A DNA stretch of 64,000 nucleotides from positions 448,001 through 512,000 of the forward strand of contig CAWKFG010000004.1 in assembly GCA_963848965.1 (NCBI GenBank), in the 5' to 3' direction. Of this stretch, positions 9,516-19,863 are shown one piece after another. Source of the DNA: an uncultured bacterium (lineage in GTDB: Bacteria > Babelota > Babeliae > Babelales > Babelaceae). The first letter of the stretch is position 1. Each line of letters begins with the position of its first letter. Under the pieces are notes generated by a model. That model was not told the DNA's origin. It was given only the letters and a program-made list of their open reading frames with translations, and ran no database searches. Made by a program: the position numbers and the translations under genes.

Positions 9516-10052
9516 TTATGGTGCTGCGCGCAAAGCTTTGAGCTGCTTACGCACTGAATGTTCCCATCCATAGCTATCGCTATAAAGCTTTATACCCGCA
9601 ATTAAGCGCTTATCAATAAGCGCTGTATACAAAATCTTTTTACCCGTTTTTTCGCTTAAAAAATCTACTATTTGGTTAAGCTCAGGCTCATTTAAGCGAT
9701 GTGAGCTTACAATAGTAAACTCCATAATACCATGTTGTTCATTATACAGTCTAACAATATATTCTAAAATTTTTGGTAAAAGAAAAAGGCGCTGCTGTTG
9801 TTCCAAAAGATTAATAAGGCTTTTAAACAAAGAGTCAAGGTTAAATTTTATCAAAAGATCGAGAAAATCTTTTTTAGTCGTTTCGCCATCTAAAAAAGAA
9901 AGCTGCACATAGAAAAGTACTCGTCTATGCTGACCTAAAAATGTCGCAAGACGCTTTACATGCTCCATTTCTTGAGTATCAAGCTTATCAATGAAAACGT
10001 TTATAAACGCTTTAGCATATTTTCGTGCTAATGTATTATCTTGCGTATTCAT
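9516..10052 (-). CDS. atpH: ATP synthase delta subunit
   Basis: ARKYAKA, ID..LIAGI, SVR..L; lies upstream of atpA. Confidence 0.9.
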   Translation of the reverse strand: MNTQDNTLARKYAKAFINVFIDKLDTQEMEHVKRLATFLGQHRRVLFYVQLSFLDGETTKKDFLDLLIKFNLDSLFKSLINLLEQQQRLFLLPKILEYIVRLYNEQHGIMEFTIVSSHRLNEPELNQIVDFLSEKTGKKILYTALIDKRLIAGIKLYSDSYGWEHSVRKQLKALRAAP

Positions 10053-10522
10053 AGTTTCTTCAACTTCTCAATAGTAGACTGTATATATTCATCTACATGT
10101 GACTGATTAGTAAAATATTCAGTAAAGTCTTTCTCTAACTTACCTGCCACTAATACAGAAAGCTGTACTTGTGTCTTCCTTAGTGCATGATTATACGATT
10201 GGATACGTAACCGTTCTTGAACTGCATGTTGTATATGCCGCTTTTCCTCTTCTTTTTGTGTATAATGGTTATAAACTTCTCCTCTCCAGTGATCTATTCG
10301 CTTTACAAGATTACCACAATCAACTTGCTGCGCCTTTATTTCCTCTTCTAATGCCTGCTGTGATACAAGAAGTTGATTATGTTCTTCATGAAGATTTTGC
10401 ACAACAAGCCGTTCTTGTTCTAATTTTCCACGAAAGGTCGGTGCTAAAAAGTTTCTAAAAATGTAGACCACTAGAAAAGCTACAATACCCACATTAAGCA
10501 GCTGAAATAAAATATCAATCAT
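10049..10522 (-). CDS. atpF: ATP synthase subunit b (divergent)
   Basis: N-terminal TM helix plus coiled coil; operon position. Confidence 0.7.
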   Translation of the reverse strand: MIDILFQLLNVGIVAFLVVYIFRNFLAPTFRGKLEQERLVVQNLHEEHNQLLVSQQALEEEIKAQQVDCGNLVKRIDHWRGEVYNHYTQKEEEKRHIQHAVQERLRIQSYNHALRKTQVQLSVLVAGKLEKDFTEYFTNQSHVDEYIQSTIEKLKKL

Positions 10523-10889
10523 GAAGTACCTTCGATTTTAAATCTAAAACAACTTCGTCGCTCAATGCATCTAATTCATCATGTGTAAGCTCTTTACCTG
10601 GAGTTATGCTAGCAGCTCTTTCTACAGCTCTTTCTTGAGGTCTTTCTAATACTGGACGATTCTTGTAAAAATACTCTTGGCAGTCTTGCCATCCTTGATG
10701 CTTACGTTCTTGCTGTAGTGCAAGATACTCCTGCTCATGTACAACACGAGCACGAAGGTCAGAAAGCTTTTTTATCTCTGCTTGTAATAGACGGTATGCA
10801 GGCTTTAGCAAAAGCCGTGAGATAAACCAATATGCAACCAAAAAGTGAAATGCTTGAATAACAAGCGTAAAATTGAGTGATAGAGCCAT
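10515..10889 (-). CDS. ATP synthase subunit b' (divergent)
   Basis: NFTLVIQAFHF...LLLKP b-type N-terminus; operon position. Confidence 0.7.
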   Translation of the reverse strand: MALSLNFTLVIQAFHFLVAYWFISRLLLKPAYRLLQAEIKKLSDLRARVVHEQEYLALQQERKHQGWQDCQEYFYKNRPVLERPQERAVERAASITPGKELTHDELDALSDEVVLDLKSKVLHD

Positions 10890-10892
10890 AGG

Positions 10893-11141
10893 TTATGTAA
10901 ATAAAATAAGCATCATTGCAACAACAAATGCATAAATAGCACTTGTTTCAACAATACCTAACGCAAGAAACATAGTCGTTCGTATTTTATTTGCACTTTC
11001 TGGATATTTGCCCATATTTTCAACCGCTTTTGCAGCAATCATCCCCTGCCCTAAAGCTGGCCCTAGAGATCCAATACCCATTACTATTGCAGCCCCTAAA
11101 TAGGCAGCAACTTTTACGTAGTTAGTTACATCAGCTTGCAT
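10893..11141 (-). CDS. atpE: ATP synthase subunit c
   Basis: GxGxxGPxxGQG helix, K.PE loop, VETSAIY. Confidence 0.95.
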   Translation of the reverse strand: MQADVTNYVKVAAYLGAAIVMGIGSLGPALGQGMIAAKAVENMGKYPESANKIRTTMFLALGIVETSAIYAFVVAMMLILFT

Positions 11142-11336
11142 GCCGAAACCTTTCTGGCCTTATACGTTGATCTTTTTCTCCATTCTACCTCAAAAAGCAA
11201 AACAATTACAACAGCATCCTTGAACTTATAGCAAACTCATTACTACTATTTTTTTGTTTTCTTATAATATAAAGAGCTCCTAGATGGTCTTTTCCAGGAG
11301 CTCTATGAATTTTATAGGCAACAAAATACGATGATA

Positions 11337-12104
11337 TTAAACAACTATATACGGCGAGTGAACCAATGTGCTCTTTGCACTCACTGCAGTAGGAATGCTA
11401 TACTGTACTTCCAAAAACTGTGCAATTTTTGCCATATGTTCTTGTTGAATACGGGGATTACTTTCAAAATCTTCATCACAATGAATAACAAGCACAGGAG
11501 TATCTTTTAAGTAAGGAGCAACACCCTCCTTTTGTACAAGCCATGATTCATGCTTATCATGTAAAAGCTTTAAATATTCTTTTGATACACCTGCTTCTTC
11601 AGAACGATTGCGTTTTAGTAAGCGTTTATAGCATATTTCTGGGTCGGTTTTCATGTAAATAAAGCCACTTGGCTTTGCCATATAGTTATCAACAAGCCAG
11701 CTAAACCATTCTTGATACAATTTCCACTCAAGAGCATTCATCACACCCATTTCATAGCAATTTTGTGCAAAGCAGTATCTATCTGAATAGACAGACCGCT
11801 CTAAAATTTGAAAAGGACTCGTACATTCTTTTGCTTGCAATTCTCGCTCAAGAACACGAGTTACAAACGCATATGTCTGAAATGTATATGCCCAGCGTTG
11901 AGTATCTGAATAAAACCGTTCCAAGAGGTTTTCACCACCTACATTTTGCCACTTCTGATGAGGCTCATACACTACTTGGGCATTAAGGTACTCGGTGATG
12001 ATGCGCAAGAAGGTAGATTTGCCCGCTCCAATATTACCCTCTACGACAAAATATTTATGCTCTGGTTGAGCGTGCATGAGAGACTCCTTTAAAAGAACGT
12101 ACAT
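11337..12104 (-). CDS. Deoxynucleoside kinase
   Basis: VEGNIGAGKST, ERSVYSDRY, R..KRNRSEE. Confidence 0.92.
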   Translation of the reverse strand: MYVLLKESLMHAQPEHKYFVVEGNIGAGKSTFLRIITEYLNAQVVYEPHQKWQNVGGENLLERFYSDTQRWAYTFQTYAFVTRVLERELQAKECTSPFQILERSVYSDRYCFAQNCYEMGVMNALEWKLYQEWFSWLVDNYMAKPSGFIYMKTDPEICYKRLLKRNRSEEAGVSKEYLKLLHDKHESWLVQKEGVAPYLKDTPVLVIHCDEDFESNPRIQQEHMAKIAQFLEVQYSIPTAVSAKSTLVHSPYIVV

Positions 12105-12370
12105 AATCTTTCCAACTTAGTGTATCTAAGTATAAAGAGATTTCAATGCAAAAATTTTTCTTCTTTCTACGTGATGACGCAAACTCTTTGTATATCAGAT
12201 AAGCCATTTTGAGGAAACAGAAAAATGGCTGCACATTAGTAACCTCTCGTATATACAATAAAAAACCTTTGATTAAAAGGCTATTTTGTCAAGAAGATAA
12301 AAGCCTGCTAAACTTGAAATAACTTTATATCGAAGCACTTACTCTTTAACTTAGGTACGAAAAAAAACTT

Positions 12371-14026
12371 ATGAAAAAAGGACTTTACTCACTTGTTCTG
12401 TTGAGTGTACTTTCTTTTACAGCAGATATATTGTCTGACTGCGATTGTACTGATGGAAGCTCAGTTGATGCACTCTTTAATCCAGACACAGAAGTACCAC
12501 TACGACCATTCGCACCTCCTGCTGCTGATGATTGTCAAACAGCAAGCGATATTTTAGCGCTTATTACACCAGGAGATCCGCCACCGCTTATCGACGCTCC
12601 TGCTCTATTGCGCGAGAATCTCTATAAATCGACAGTAGGTCCTGTAACACGCAGAAGTTTACTCGATGAACCTGCCTTAATGCCAGACTGGCTTGCAACA
12701 GATTGCTGGTCCATTTTTATGCAGCCTTTTTATAATTTTACTCCTCATGTATTTTTTACAGAAAATAGTCCCTTTATTTGTAACTATATTAATCTAACAA
12801 ACGAAAACATTGTTAACGAGCTCAGTAACAGAGATTTTGTTACCGTAAACGTTCCTGGAGTCCTTGGACTATTTACCCAGATTAAATTGCAACAGCATCG
12901 AGCAGGTTTCATGTTTGGCCTGAGTAAGGTGTTCAACAGATGGGCCTTTAACTGCAAGATACCGCTGTATTATCTCCTTGAGCATTTCTTTCTTACAGAA
13001 GCAGAGCTCGATCGCATTAAAAACAGCCCGTTTATCGAACAATTACAACTTACTCAAAAAGATCCTAGTGGTTGTGACGAGAATGAAGCAAAAGCGAAAG
13101 AGTTTGTACTTCAGCATCTTGTAAGCGATAAGGTAGGTCTTGGAGATTCACGTTTAAGCTTTATGTGGACCCCTTATTGTACTTCACGCAGTCAATTGTG
13201 GTTAGGAATGCGAATGACTCTTCCTACAGCAGCTACTATGGCCTCTGCTTTATTAGGAGGCCGCTTTGTAGAATGTTCTCATATACCACCCTTTAATATA
13301 AAACGCTTATTTAATACGTTCTTTTGTGCAAACGGTGCCGTTGAACAAAAGCTTGCAAATGAGGAGATTCAAAGAACAGTTACTGACTTTCTTGTAGGAG
13401 CTCTCGATAGACTTTCTACCATTCTTATTAATACACCGCTTGGCAATGGTAAACATTTTGGAGGAGGACCTGAAGTAACATTTAAATACAACTTTAATGA
13501 GTGCTTTAGTATGCAAACATATGTAGCAGTAGAAGCATTTACCAAACATAAAGAGCGCAGATTCTTTTTAGTAAGAAAAAATCAAAGTGATTTTGATAGA
13601 AATTTTAGAACTGACAATCCCGTAGAAGCAGATGCGAATCTTGCATTTCTTAATCAACAAGTTATTAATACCCTTTACCCTCGTGGTGTAAAAATTGAAG
13701 TAAAACCGGGTCTTGTTGCACAAGTTAATCACTCTTTTCGGTATGATACTGAGCATTGGAATGCTTACCTAGGATTTGACTACTGGCGACAAGGAGGAGA
13801 AACGTTAGGAGCTATCCTTAAAGGTCCTCATGTTCCATTAGTAATTGAAAAAGGAATTCGTCCTCCTGCACAACAGGGTAAAGTGTTTGGTGGTTTTGGA
13901 TACTATGGATGTACACACTGCAGGGGATTAGGGTGGCACATTTTAGTAAATGCTGATGCTACAGCATTTAATAGAGGCATTGGCGAAAGTTATACTCTCG
14001 GTATACTATTAGGTATAGATTTCTAG
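12371..14026 (+). CDS. Exported hypothetical protein, possible outer-membrane beta-barrel
   Basis: Signal peptide; amphipathic strands; C-terminal LGILLGIDF. Confidence 0.55.
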   Translation: MKKGLYSLVLLSVLSFTADILSDCDCTDGSSVDALFNPDTEVPLRPFAPPAADDCQTASDILALITPGDPPPLIDAPALLRENLYKSTVGPVTRRSLLDEPALMPDWLATDCWSIFMQPFYNFTPHVFFTENSPFICNYINLTNENIVNELSNRDFVTVNVPGVLGLFTQIKLQQHRAGFMFGLSKVFNRWAFNCKIPLYYLLEHFFLTEAELDRIKNSPFIEQLQLTQKDPSGCDENEAKAKEFVLQHLVSDKVGLGDSRLSFMWTPYCTSRSQLWLGMRMTLPTAATMASALLGGRFVECSHIPPFNIKRLFNTFFCANGAVEQKLANEEIQRTVTDFLVGALDRLSTILINTPLGNGKHFGGGPEVTFKYNFNECFSMQTYVAVEAFTKHKERRFFLVRKNQSDFDRNFRTDNPVEADANLAFLNQQVINTLYPRGVKIEVKPGLVAQVNHSFRYDTEHWNAYLGFDYWRQGGETLGAILKGPHVPLVIEKGIRPPAQQGKVFGGFGYYGCTHCRGLGWHILVNADATAFNRGIGESYTLGILLGIDF

Positions 14027-14042
14027 CATTCAAGGAGTTATC

Positions 14043-14726
14043 ATGAACTATTTTAATATATTGCTTTTAACCTGTATCAGCTTCAACCTTGCTCTCCGGG
14101 CAGCAGCCCCTACTAGCGATAAACTTGATAAGCCTATACGCTTAACAGATCCTATTCTTGCTACAGTCGATGGCAGAGTTATAAAAGCAGATAATATTAA
14201 CAACTCCATTTTGGCAGGACGTATGCTTTTAATTTTCATGGATGGAGGAAATCTTCAATCACTTCCTTCAAAAGATATTGAAGTTCAAGGTAAGACGTAT
14301 CTTTTAGAAGATCTTTTGGCTACAAATTTTCGTGGCAAAAAATCTACGCTCAAAGAGCTTGTACAATACGAAGAGAAAGCAATAACAGATCAAGAAAAGA
14401 AAGAAGTTAAAGATGCTCTTAAAGAAGCCAAAAAGAAGTTTAATCTCTTTATGAATCGCTCAATGGCAGAAGCTCGTGGAACCAAGCAGATGGCACAACA
14501 ACTTATGACCGACTCTTTAAACAAAAGAAAAAGAACAAATAGTCCCTTAAGCACATATGCTAAAGTTGAAGAAGGCAAAGAAGAAGAATCTTTAGAAAAA
14601 GAGATAACTTCATGTAAGCTTCTTTACATTCTTTGTCATGATCTTTTCAACTTTCTTCGAGATGTTGTACATAGCTGTCCTAAAGCAGTAGCAGACTTTA
14701 AAGCACGTCAACAGAAACAAAGGTAA
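14043..14726 (+). CDS. Exported hypothetical protein
   Basis: AAGGAG RBS; signal peptide; abuts recD2. Confidence 0.6.
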   Translation: MNYFNILLLTCISFNLALRAAAPTSDKLDKPIRLTDPILATVDGRVIKADNINNSILAGRMLLIFMDGGNLQSLPSKDIEVQGKTYLLEDLLATNFRGKKSTLKELVQYEEKAITDQEKKEVKDALKEAKKKFNLFMNRSMAEARGTKQMAQQLMTDSLNKRKRTNSPLSTYAKVEEGKEEESLEKEITSCKLLYILCHDLFNFLRDVVHSCPKAVADFKARQQKQR

Positions 14727-14728
14727 TT

Positions 14729-16915
14729 ATGCAGGAGCTTGAAACACTTACTGGAACTATTGAAAAGTTTCTTTTCCAAAGCCCTGATAATGGCTTTGCC
14801 GTATTTGTGCTTCAGGCTCATGCACATTCTGCAGTTACTGTAAAGGGCTATTTACCAAATTTGCAAGTTGGACAAGAAGTTCAAATAAAAGGGACATGGG
14901 TCTTTCATGCTAAGTTTGGCAAACAATTTGAGGCACAACATTGTATCTCTGTAATTCCTACAACACTCGTAGGGCTTAAAAGATATTTAAGCTCTGGCCT
15001 TATTAAAGGTATTGGTCCGAGTTATGCTGATAAGCTTGTTAATTATTTTGGTGGCGATGTTCTTAAAATCATAGATTCTGCACCAGAAAGGCTCAAGGAA
15101 GTTGGGGGCATTGGTGATAAACGGCTTGAGACTATAACAGAAGCATGGAAAGAGCAAAAAGAAGTAGCCAATATTATGGTCTTTTTGCAAGAGAAGGGTA
15201 TTACAGCTTCTTATGCTGCTCGTATTTATAAGCATTACCGACATGAATCGCTTGCAATTGTACAAGAAAATCCATATCGCCTTGCAGATGAAGTATGGGG
15301 TATTGGATTTAAGACTGCAGATGAAATTGCAATGAAGCTTGGATTTCAACCTCAGGCGCCACAACGTATTGCAGCGGGTATTCTCTATGCTATTAGTGTA
15401 GCATCACAACAAGGGCACCTCTATGTTGAACTTCAAGATCTTAAAGCAAAGACTCGTGAGCTTTTAGAACTTCCTCCAGACATGCATGACGACCTTTTAA
15501 AGCAAGCATTACATACTCTTTATAATAAAGATAAAATTAAACTGCTTACTGAAGATGGCGTACATTATATAACTCTTACGTCATTCTATTTCTCTGAGCA
15601 AGGTGTTGCTCATCGTATTACAAAGCTTCTTACAACGCCTATCTCTTTTTCTTTTGATATTGATGAGCTTTATAAAACTTTACGAGCACCTAATGAAGGC
15701 GAACTGTATCTTAATGAAGATCAGCAACGTGGTATTATGAGCTGCTTACAAAATAAGATAACGATTATTACCGGTGGTCCAGGAACAGGAAAAACGACCC
15801 TTATTAAAAAATTGCTGACCTTACTCGATTTAGAGCGCGTAAACTATAAACTTGCTGCCCCTACAGGTAGAGCTGCTAAAAGAATTATAGAGGGCACTGG
15901 CAGATATGCAATGACTATCCATCGCTTATTAGAGTTTGATGTGAGCACTATGAGCTTTACGCATAATGAACATCATGCTTTAAAGCTTGATTTTCTTATT
16001 ATTGATGAAGCATCAATGATCGATATCTTTTTAGCTCATGCTATTTTAAAAGCATTACCTCACAATGCTCATCTTGTACTTATAGGAGATGTTGATCAGC
16101 TACCATCTGTTGGCGCAGGAAATTTCCTTCAGGACCTTATTGCAAGTAATAAGATTGCCTGTGTGCGTCTTACACAAATTTTTAGGCAGGCACAAAATAG
16201 CCTTATTGTAGTTAATGCTCATAAAATAAATAAAGGTGAATTTCCTGTCTCATTCTTACCAGAATCCCGTAGAGACTTTAAGTTTATTAAAGAAGAGAAT
16301 GCTGAAACTATCATAGAGCACCTTAAAAGTATTTTGTCACTCGAGCTTACCAAGCATGGTATAGGTGTTGATGATGCTATTGTGCTTACTCCTATGAATA
16401 AAGGAGCAGTAGGAACTCATGCACTTAATCATGCACTACAAAAGCTTCTAAACTCACATCCTACTCACGAACAGGTAAGCTATGCAGGAACCATCTATAA
16501 GCGCAATGATAAAGTTATGCAGATTCGCAATAACTATGATAAACAGGTATATAATGGAGATATTGGCAGTATAGAAGAAGTAGATATAGAAAATCGTGAA
16601 CTCAAAGTTAACTTTGGTGATCACCGTATTATTGGCTATGAATTTGAAGAGCTCAGTGAGCTTGTGCTTGCCTATGCCATTTCTATACATAAAAGCCAAG
16701 GGTCTGAGTATTCTGCCGTTATTGTACCACTATTTACACAACACTTTATACTTCTTCAGCGCAACCTTGTCTACACAGCTCTTACACGAGCTAAAAGACT
16801 GTGTATCTTTATAGGACAACCTCGAGCACTTGCTATAGCACTTAACAATAACAAAGGAACTAAGCGTATTACGTTCTTACAGAAATTCTTAACAAGCAGT
16901 GAATTTAATGCATAA
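14729..16915 (+). CDS. recD2: RecD2-like SF1B helicase
   Basis: N-terminal OB/HhH (IKGIG), TGGPGTGKT, APTGRAA, DEASM, GDVDQLPSVG, AYAISIHKSQGSEY. Confidence 0.95.
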   Translation: MQELETLTGTIEKFLFQSPDNGFAVFVLQAHAHSAVTVKGYLPNLQVGQEVQIKGTWVFHAKFGKQFEAQHCISVIPTTLVGLKRYLSSGLIKGIGPSYADKLVNYFGGDVLKIIDSAPERLKEVGGIGDKRLETITEAWKEQKEVANIMVFLQEKGITASYAARIYKHYRHESLAIVQENPYRLADEVWGIGFKTADEIAMKLGFQPQAPQRIAAGILYAISVASQQGHLYVELQDLKAKTRELLELPPDMHDDLLKQALHTLYNKDKIKLLTEDGVHYITLTSFYFSEQGVAHRITKLLTTPISFSFDIDELYKTLRAPNEGELYLNEDQQRGIMSCLQNKITIITGGPGTGKTTLIKKLLTLLDLERVNYKLAAPTGRAAKRIIEGTGRYAMTIHRLLEFDVSTMSFTHNEHHALKLDFLIIDEASMIDIFLAHAILKALPHNAHLVLIGDVDQLPSVGAGNFLQDLIASNKIACVRLTQIFRQAQNSLIVVNAHKINKGEFPVSFLPESRRDFKFIKEENAETIIEHLKSILSLELTKHGIGVDDAIVLTPMNKGAVGTHALNHALQKLLNSHPTHEQVSYAGTIYKRNDKVMQIRNNYDKQVYNGDIGSIEEVDIENRELKVNFGDHRIIGYEFEELSELVLAYAISIHKSQGSEYSAVIVPLFTQHFILLQRNLVYTALTRAKRLCIFIGQPRALAIALNNNKGTKRITFLQKFLTSSEFNA

Positions 16916-17030
16916 GTCTCAAGCGTTCTTATTAAAAGTAATACCTATATAAGCAGTTTTGAGATATACAAAAAGCATGCTATACTATTCTATAAGAATT
17001 AAATGTATTATAGTGTTACTTAGTGTGTTT

Positions 17031-17795
17031 ATGCATTTTATAAAAATTTTATTCACTGCTTTCCTACTCGTTATGCTTCCAGCACAAGCTTGGTTTTGGT
17101 TTAAAAAAGACCCAAAGCCTGAAAAAATAGAAAAGCCTCAACCACAGGCACGTATTTTTACGCTTATGATTCATCCTGCAGATAGTCATACACCTCGAAT
17201 GATAGAAGATACGCTTGAGCGCACTATAACATTAGAATGTGCTCAAGAGATAAAAAGAGTATTAGAAGCTCGTATTCCTGGAGTCTATGTTGTTTTAACA
17301 CGAAATGCAGCAGATATGGTAGAGCCTTTGCAATGTGCATCGCTTGCAAATAGGCTTAATGTAAATTTTTATATAAGTCTTCATTTTTATCGAAGTAACG
17401 AAAAAGTAAATAAATTGTATCTTTATCATGTGCTCTATAATCCTGTTACCGATTTTTGGCAAACAAGAGATAGTGAGCTTTCGCTTATACCGTGTGATAA
17501 AGCATATAAAAATAACATTAAAAAAACTCAGGCATGGGCAACACGTATGCTTGAAAGTCTTAAGAGTGCTCTTGGCTTTAGTTGTCAAGGCCTTTTAGGA
17601 ATTCCCTTTAGACCCCTTAAAGGGGTGCTTGCTCCTGCACTTGGTATAGAGTGCAGTATAAAAAAGAAAGAAGATCATAGATTACTTGTAGAGCCGCTTG
17701 TTACAGCTTTACATGAGATTATTAAGCACTATGAACCTGAGAAAAAAGATGATACAATCACTCAAGCCTTTCCATTACCTGCTCATATCACTTAG
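17031..17795 (+). CDS. N-acetylmuramoyl-L-alanine amidase (Amidase_3), divergent
   Basis: ER...L..A, VVLTR, ASLANRL...YISLH, PALGIE; signal peptide from MHFIK. Confidence 0.75.
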   Translation: MHFIKILFTAFLLVMLPAQAWFWFKKDPKPEKIEKPQPQARIFTLMIHPADSHTPRMIEDTLERTITLECAQEIKRVLEARIPGVYVVLTRNAADMVEPLQCASLANRLNVNFYISLHFYRSNEKVNKLYLYHVLYNPVTDFWQTRDSELSLIPCDKAYKNNIKKTQAWATRMLESLKSALGFSCQGLLGIPFRPLKGVLAPALGIECSIKKKEDHRLLVEPLVTALHEIIKHYEPEKKDDTITQAFPLPAHIT

Positions 17796-18300
17796 TGCTC
17801 TATGCGCAGGCACTATTTTTTATGGTATGTATAATGATTTTATTATTATTCGGTTTCCACTTAAAAACGTACCATCAGCCCTTACTACTACTGCTCAAAA
17901 AAAGAATTTTAAGCTTTTCTATTGGGCTCAAGGTAAATGGCATATGGAAGAAAAAGAATTATTAGCTCAAAATGCTGTTAAAACCCTTACCTATATTATA
18001 GCAAGCTGGCTTGCTTTGCTTGAAGATGAGCGTGTTATGGATAAAAAAGTTTCAGTTCAATCTGTTCTTATTGATGCATTAGGTACCGAAGCTTATATTT
18101 CATTTGATAGAAATCCTTTTTCAAAAGAAAGTTCTATATACCAAAAGCTCATGTGGATTGAAGGACTTCTTAAAACTATCCGTGAAAATGGTATTCCTCT
18201 AAAAACTATACGATTTTTGGTACATCATAAACCACTACAAGACCAACATCTTGATTTTTCCTCTTCATGGCCCATTTCAGGGTATATTCAGCCTTCTTGA
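17698..18300 (+). CDS. Membrane-anchored protein, GerMN-like
   Basis: TM helix; AYISF..NP and LLKT...N....IRFLV pattern; follows the amidase. Confidence 0.5.
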   Translation: MLQLYMRLLSTMNLRKKMIQSLKPFHYLLISLSALCAGTIFYGMYNDFIIIRFPLKNVPSALTTTAQKKNFKLFYWAQGKWHMEEKELLAQNAVKTLTYIIASWLALLEDERVMDKKVSVQSVLIDALGTEAYISFDRNPFSKESSIYQKLMWIEGLLKTIRENGIPLKTIRFLVHHKPLQDQHLDFSSSWPISGYIQPS

Positions 18301-18424
18301 TGAAATTTTATTAGAAAATTACATTACCTTATAAAAAAATATATATCACTATCTTGAAATAATGGTGAGACTTTTTTTATACTAATGTAAAGATATTAAT
18401 GTCTATAAATCATAAGGAGAAAAA

Positions 18425-18748
18425 ATGACTAGACCACAAAGATCAGACCAAGAATATCAAGAAAAAAACGGTATTGCTCGAGAAGCTCGTGATACAAGAG
18501 AAGAAGCAGGAGAAACAGCTCAAGAAACAACTGCTCGTTTTAGGCAAATGCGCCCTGCTTATCAGGGGTATCTTTTACTGACTGTAGGTACATTACTTTT
18601 TCTCTTTAGTATAGGCCTTTTACCTATCCTAAGATGGGCAATGGTAGCAGCTTCAGTAGGATTAATCATATGGGGAGCAATGCGAGCAAACCTATTCCAA
18701 CAAATGAATGATTATTTTAGGCACATGAGTAAGAAAAAAAATCGGTAA
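18425..18748 (+). CDS. Small two-TM membrane protein
   Basis: AAGGAG RBS; two hydrophobic helices. Confidence 0.65.
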   Translation: MTRPQRSDQEYQEKNGIAREARDTREEAGETAQETTARFRQMRPAYQGYLLLTVGTLLFLFSIGLLPILRWAMVAASVGLIIWGAMRANLFQQMNDYFRHMSKKKNR

Positions 18749-18795
18749 GTTTATTAAAAAACCTTGCCCCATATTGGTGCGCTACCACACCACGC

Positions 18796-18829
18796 AGGAA
18801 ACCAACTTTACAGCTGGTTTCCTTTTTTT
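18796..18829 (+). terminator. Intrinsic terminator
   Basis: aggaaacca..tggtttcct followed by a T-tract. Confidence 0.65.
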
Positions 18830-18900
18830 ATCCTCTTGCGATTACTTATAAGGTATAGTACACTTTTTGTGCACCCTTTTATTGCGCAAGAATTACTATC

Positions 18901-19863
18901 ATGAATCCAGTTCTTACCGTACATAACTTAGTAAAAATATTTCCAGTTCAGGGAAAGCGCTTCTCTTTTAAAGCAGATTCTACTTTTACTGCACTAAACA
19001 ACGTTTCATTTTCATTGCAAGAAGGTGAAGTACTTGGACTTTTAGGACCTAATGGTGCAGGAAAAACGACTACCATTCATATACTTCTAGGAATTCTTAC
19101 TCCTACTTCTGGATCTATTGAATATTTTGGTAAAGATTTTTATCTTCATCGTACAGAAATTATGCCGTTCCTTTCGTTTGCCAGTACGTATGTTAAACTG
19201 CCTGGTAGGCTCACTGTATGGGAAAACTTAGATATTTATGGAAGATTATATGGGTTATCCTACACAGATCGGCTCGCTCGTATTGAGAAGTACTTAAAGT
19301 TTTTTGGCATGTGGAACATTAAGGATAAAGAAACGGGCGTACTCTCTGCTGGCCAAACAACTCGTGTTATGCTTGCTAAAGCGTTTTTGCCTCGACCACG
19401 TATTGTTTTGCTTGACGAGCCTACAGCTTCTTTAGATCCTGATATAGCCCATGAAGTTCGCAATTTTATTCTTGAAGAGCAGAAACAGAATGCTACTTCA
19501 ATTTTAGTAACATCGCACAATATGGATGAAGTGACAGAGATTTGCGATAGAGTATTGGTATTAAAAAGAGGTACTATTATTGCAGATAATACCCCAGAGA
19601 GCCTTGCAGCGAGTGTAGCACAAACACGTATTCATTTTATTTCAGAAGATCTTTATAAGCTTGAAGAGTTTGCGCAACGACGTGGTATAAGTTATATTTT
19701 AGAAAAAAATGGTATATCTCTTGCTCTTGATGAGCAACTTTTAGCTTCATTTTTAATAGAGCTTGCTCATGAAGGTATTCGATATTCAAGTATAGCACTT
19801 GATAAACCAACGCTTGAGGATTATTTTTTGTCTATTGCTCAACAAGATGAGAGAAATGTATGA
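18901..19863 (+). CDS. ABC-2 exporter ATP-binding subunit
   Basis: GPNGAGKTT, LSAGQ, LLDEPT, SHNM. Confidence 0.93.
   Translation: MNPVLTVHNLVKIFPVQGKRFSFKADSTFTALNNVSFSLQEGEVLGLLGPNGAGKTTTIHILLGILTPTSGSIEYFGKDFYLHRTEIMPFLSFASTYVKLPGRLTVWENLDIYGRLYGLSYTDRLARIEKYLKFFGMWNIKDKETGVLSAGQTTRVMLAKAFLPRPRIVLLDEPTASLDPDIAHEVRNFILEEQKQNATSILVTSHNMDEVTEICDRVLVLKRGTIIADNTPESLAASVAQTRIHFISEDLYKLEEFAQRRGISYILEKNGISLALDEQLLASFLIELAHEGIRYSSIALDKPTLEDYFLSIAQQDERNV

Noticed and set aside
8007..11141. N-ATPase operon
   Set aside because: Delta subunit is present, the order is F-type, and there is no atpR/atpQ
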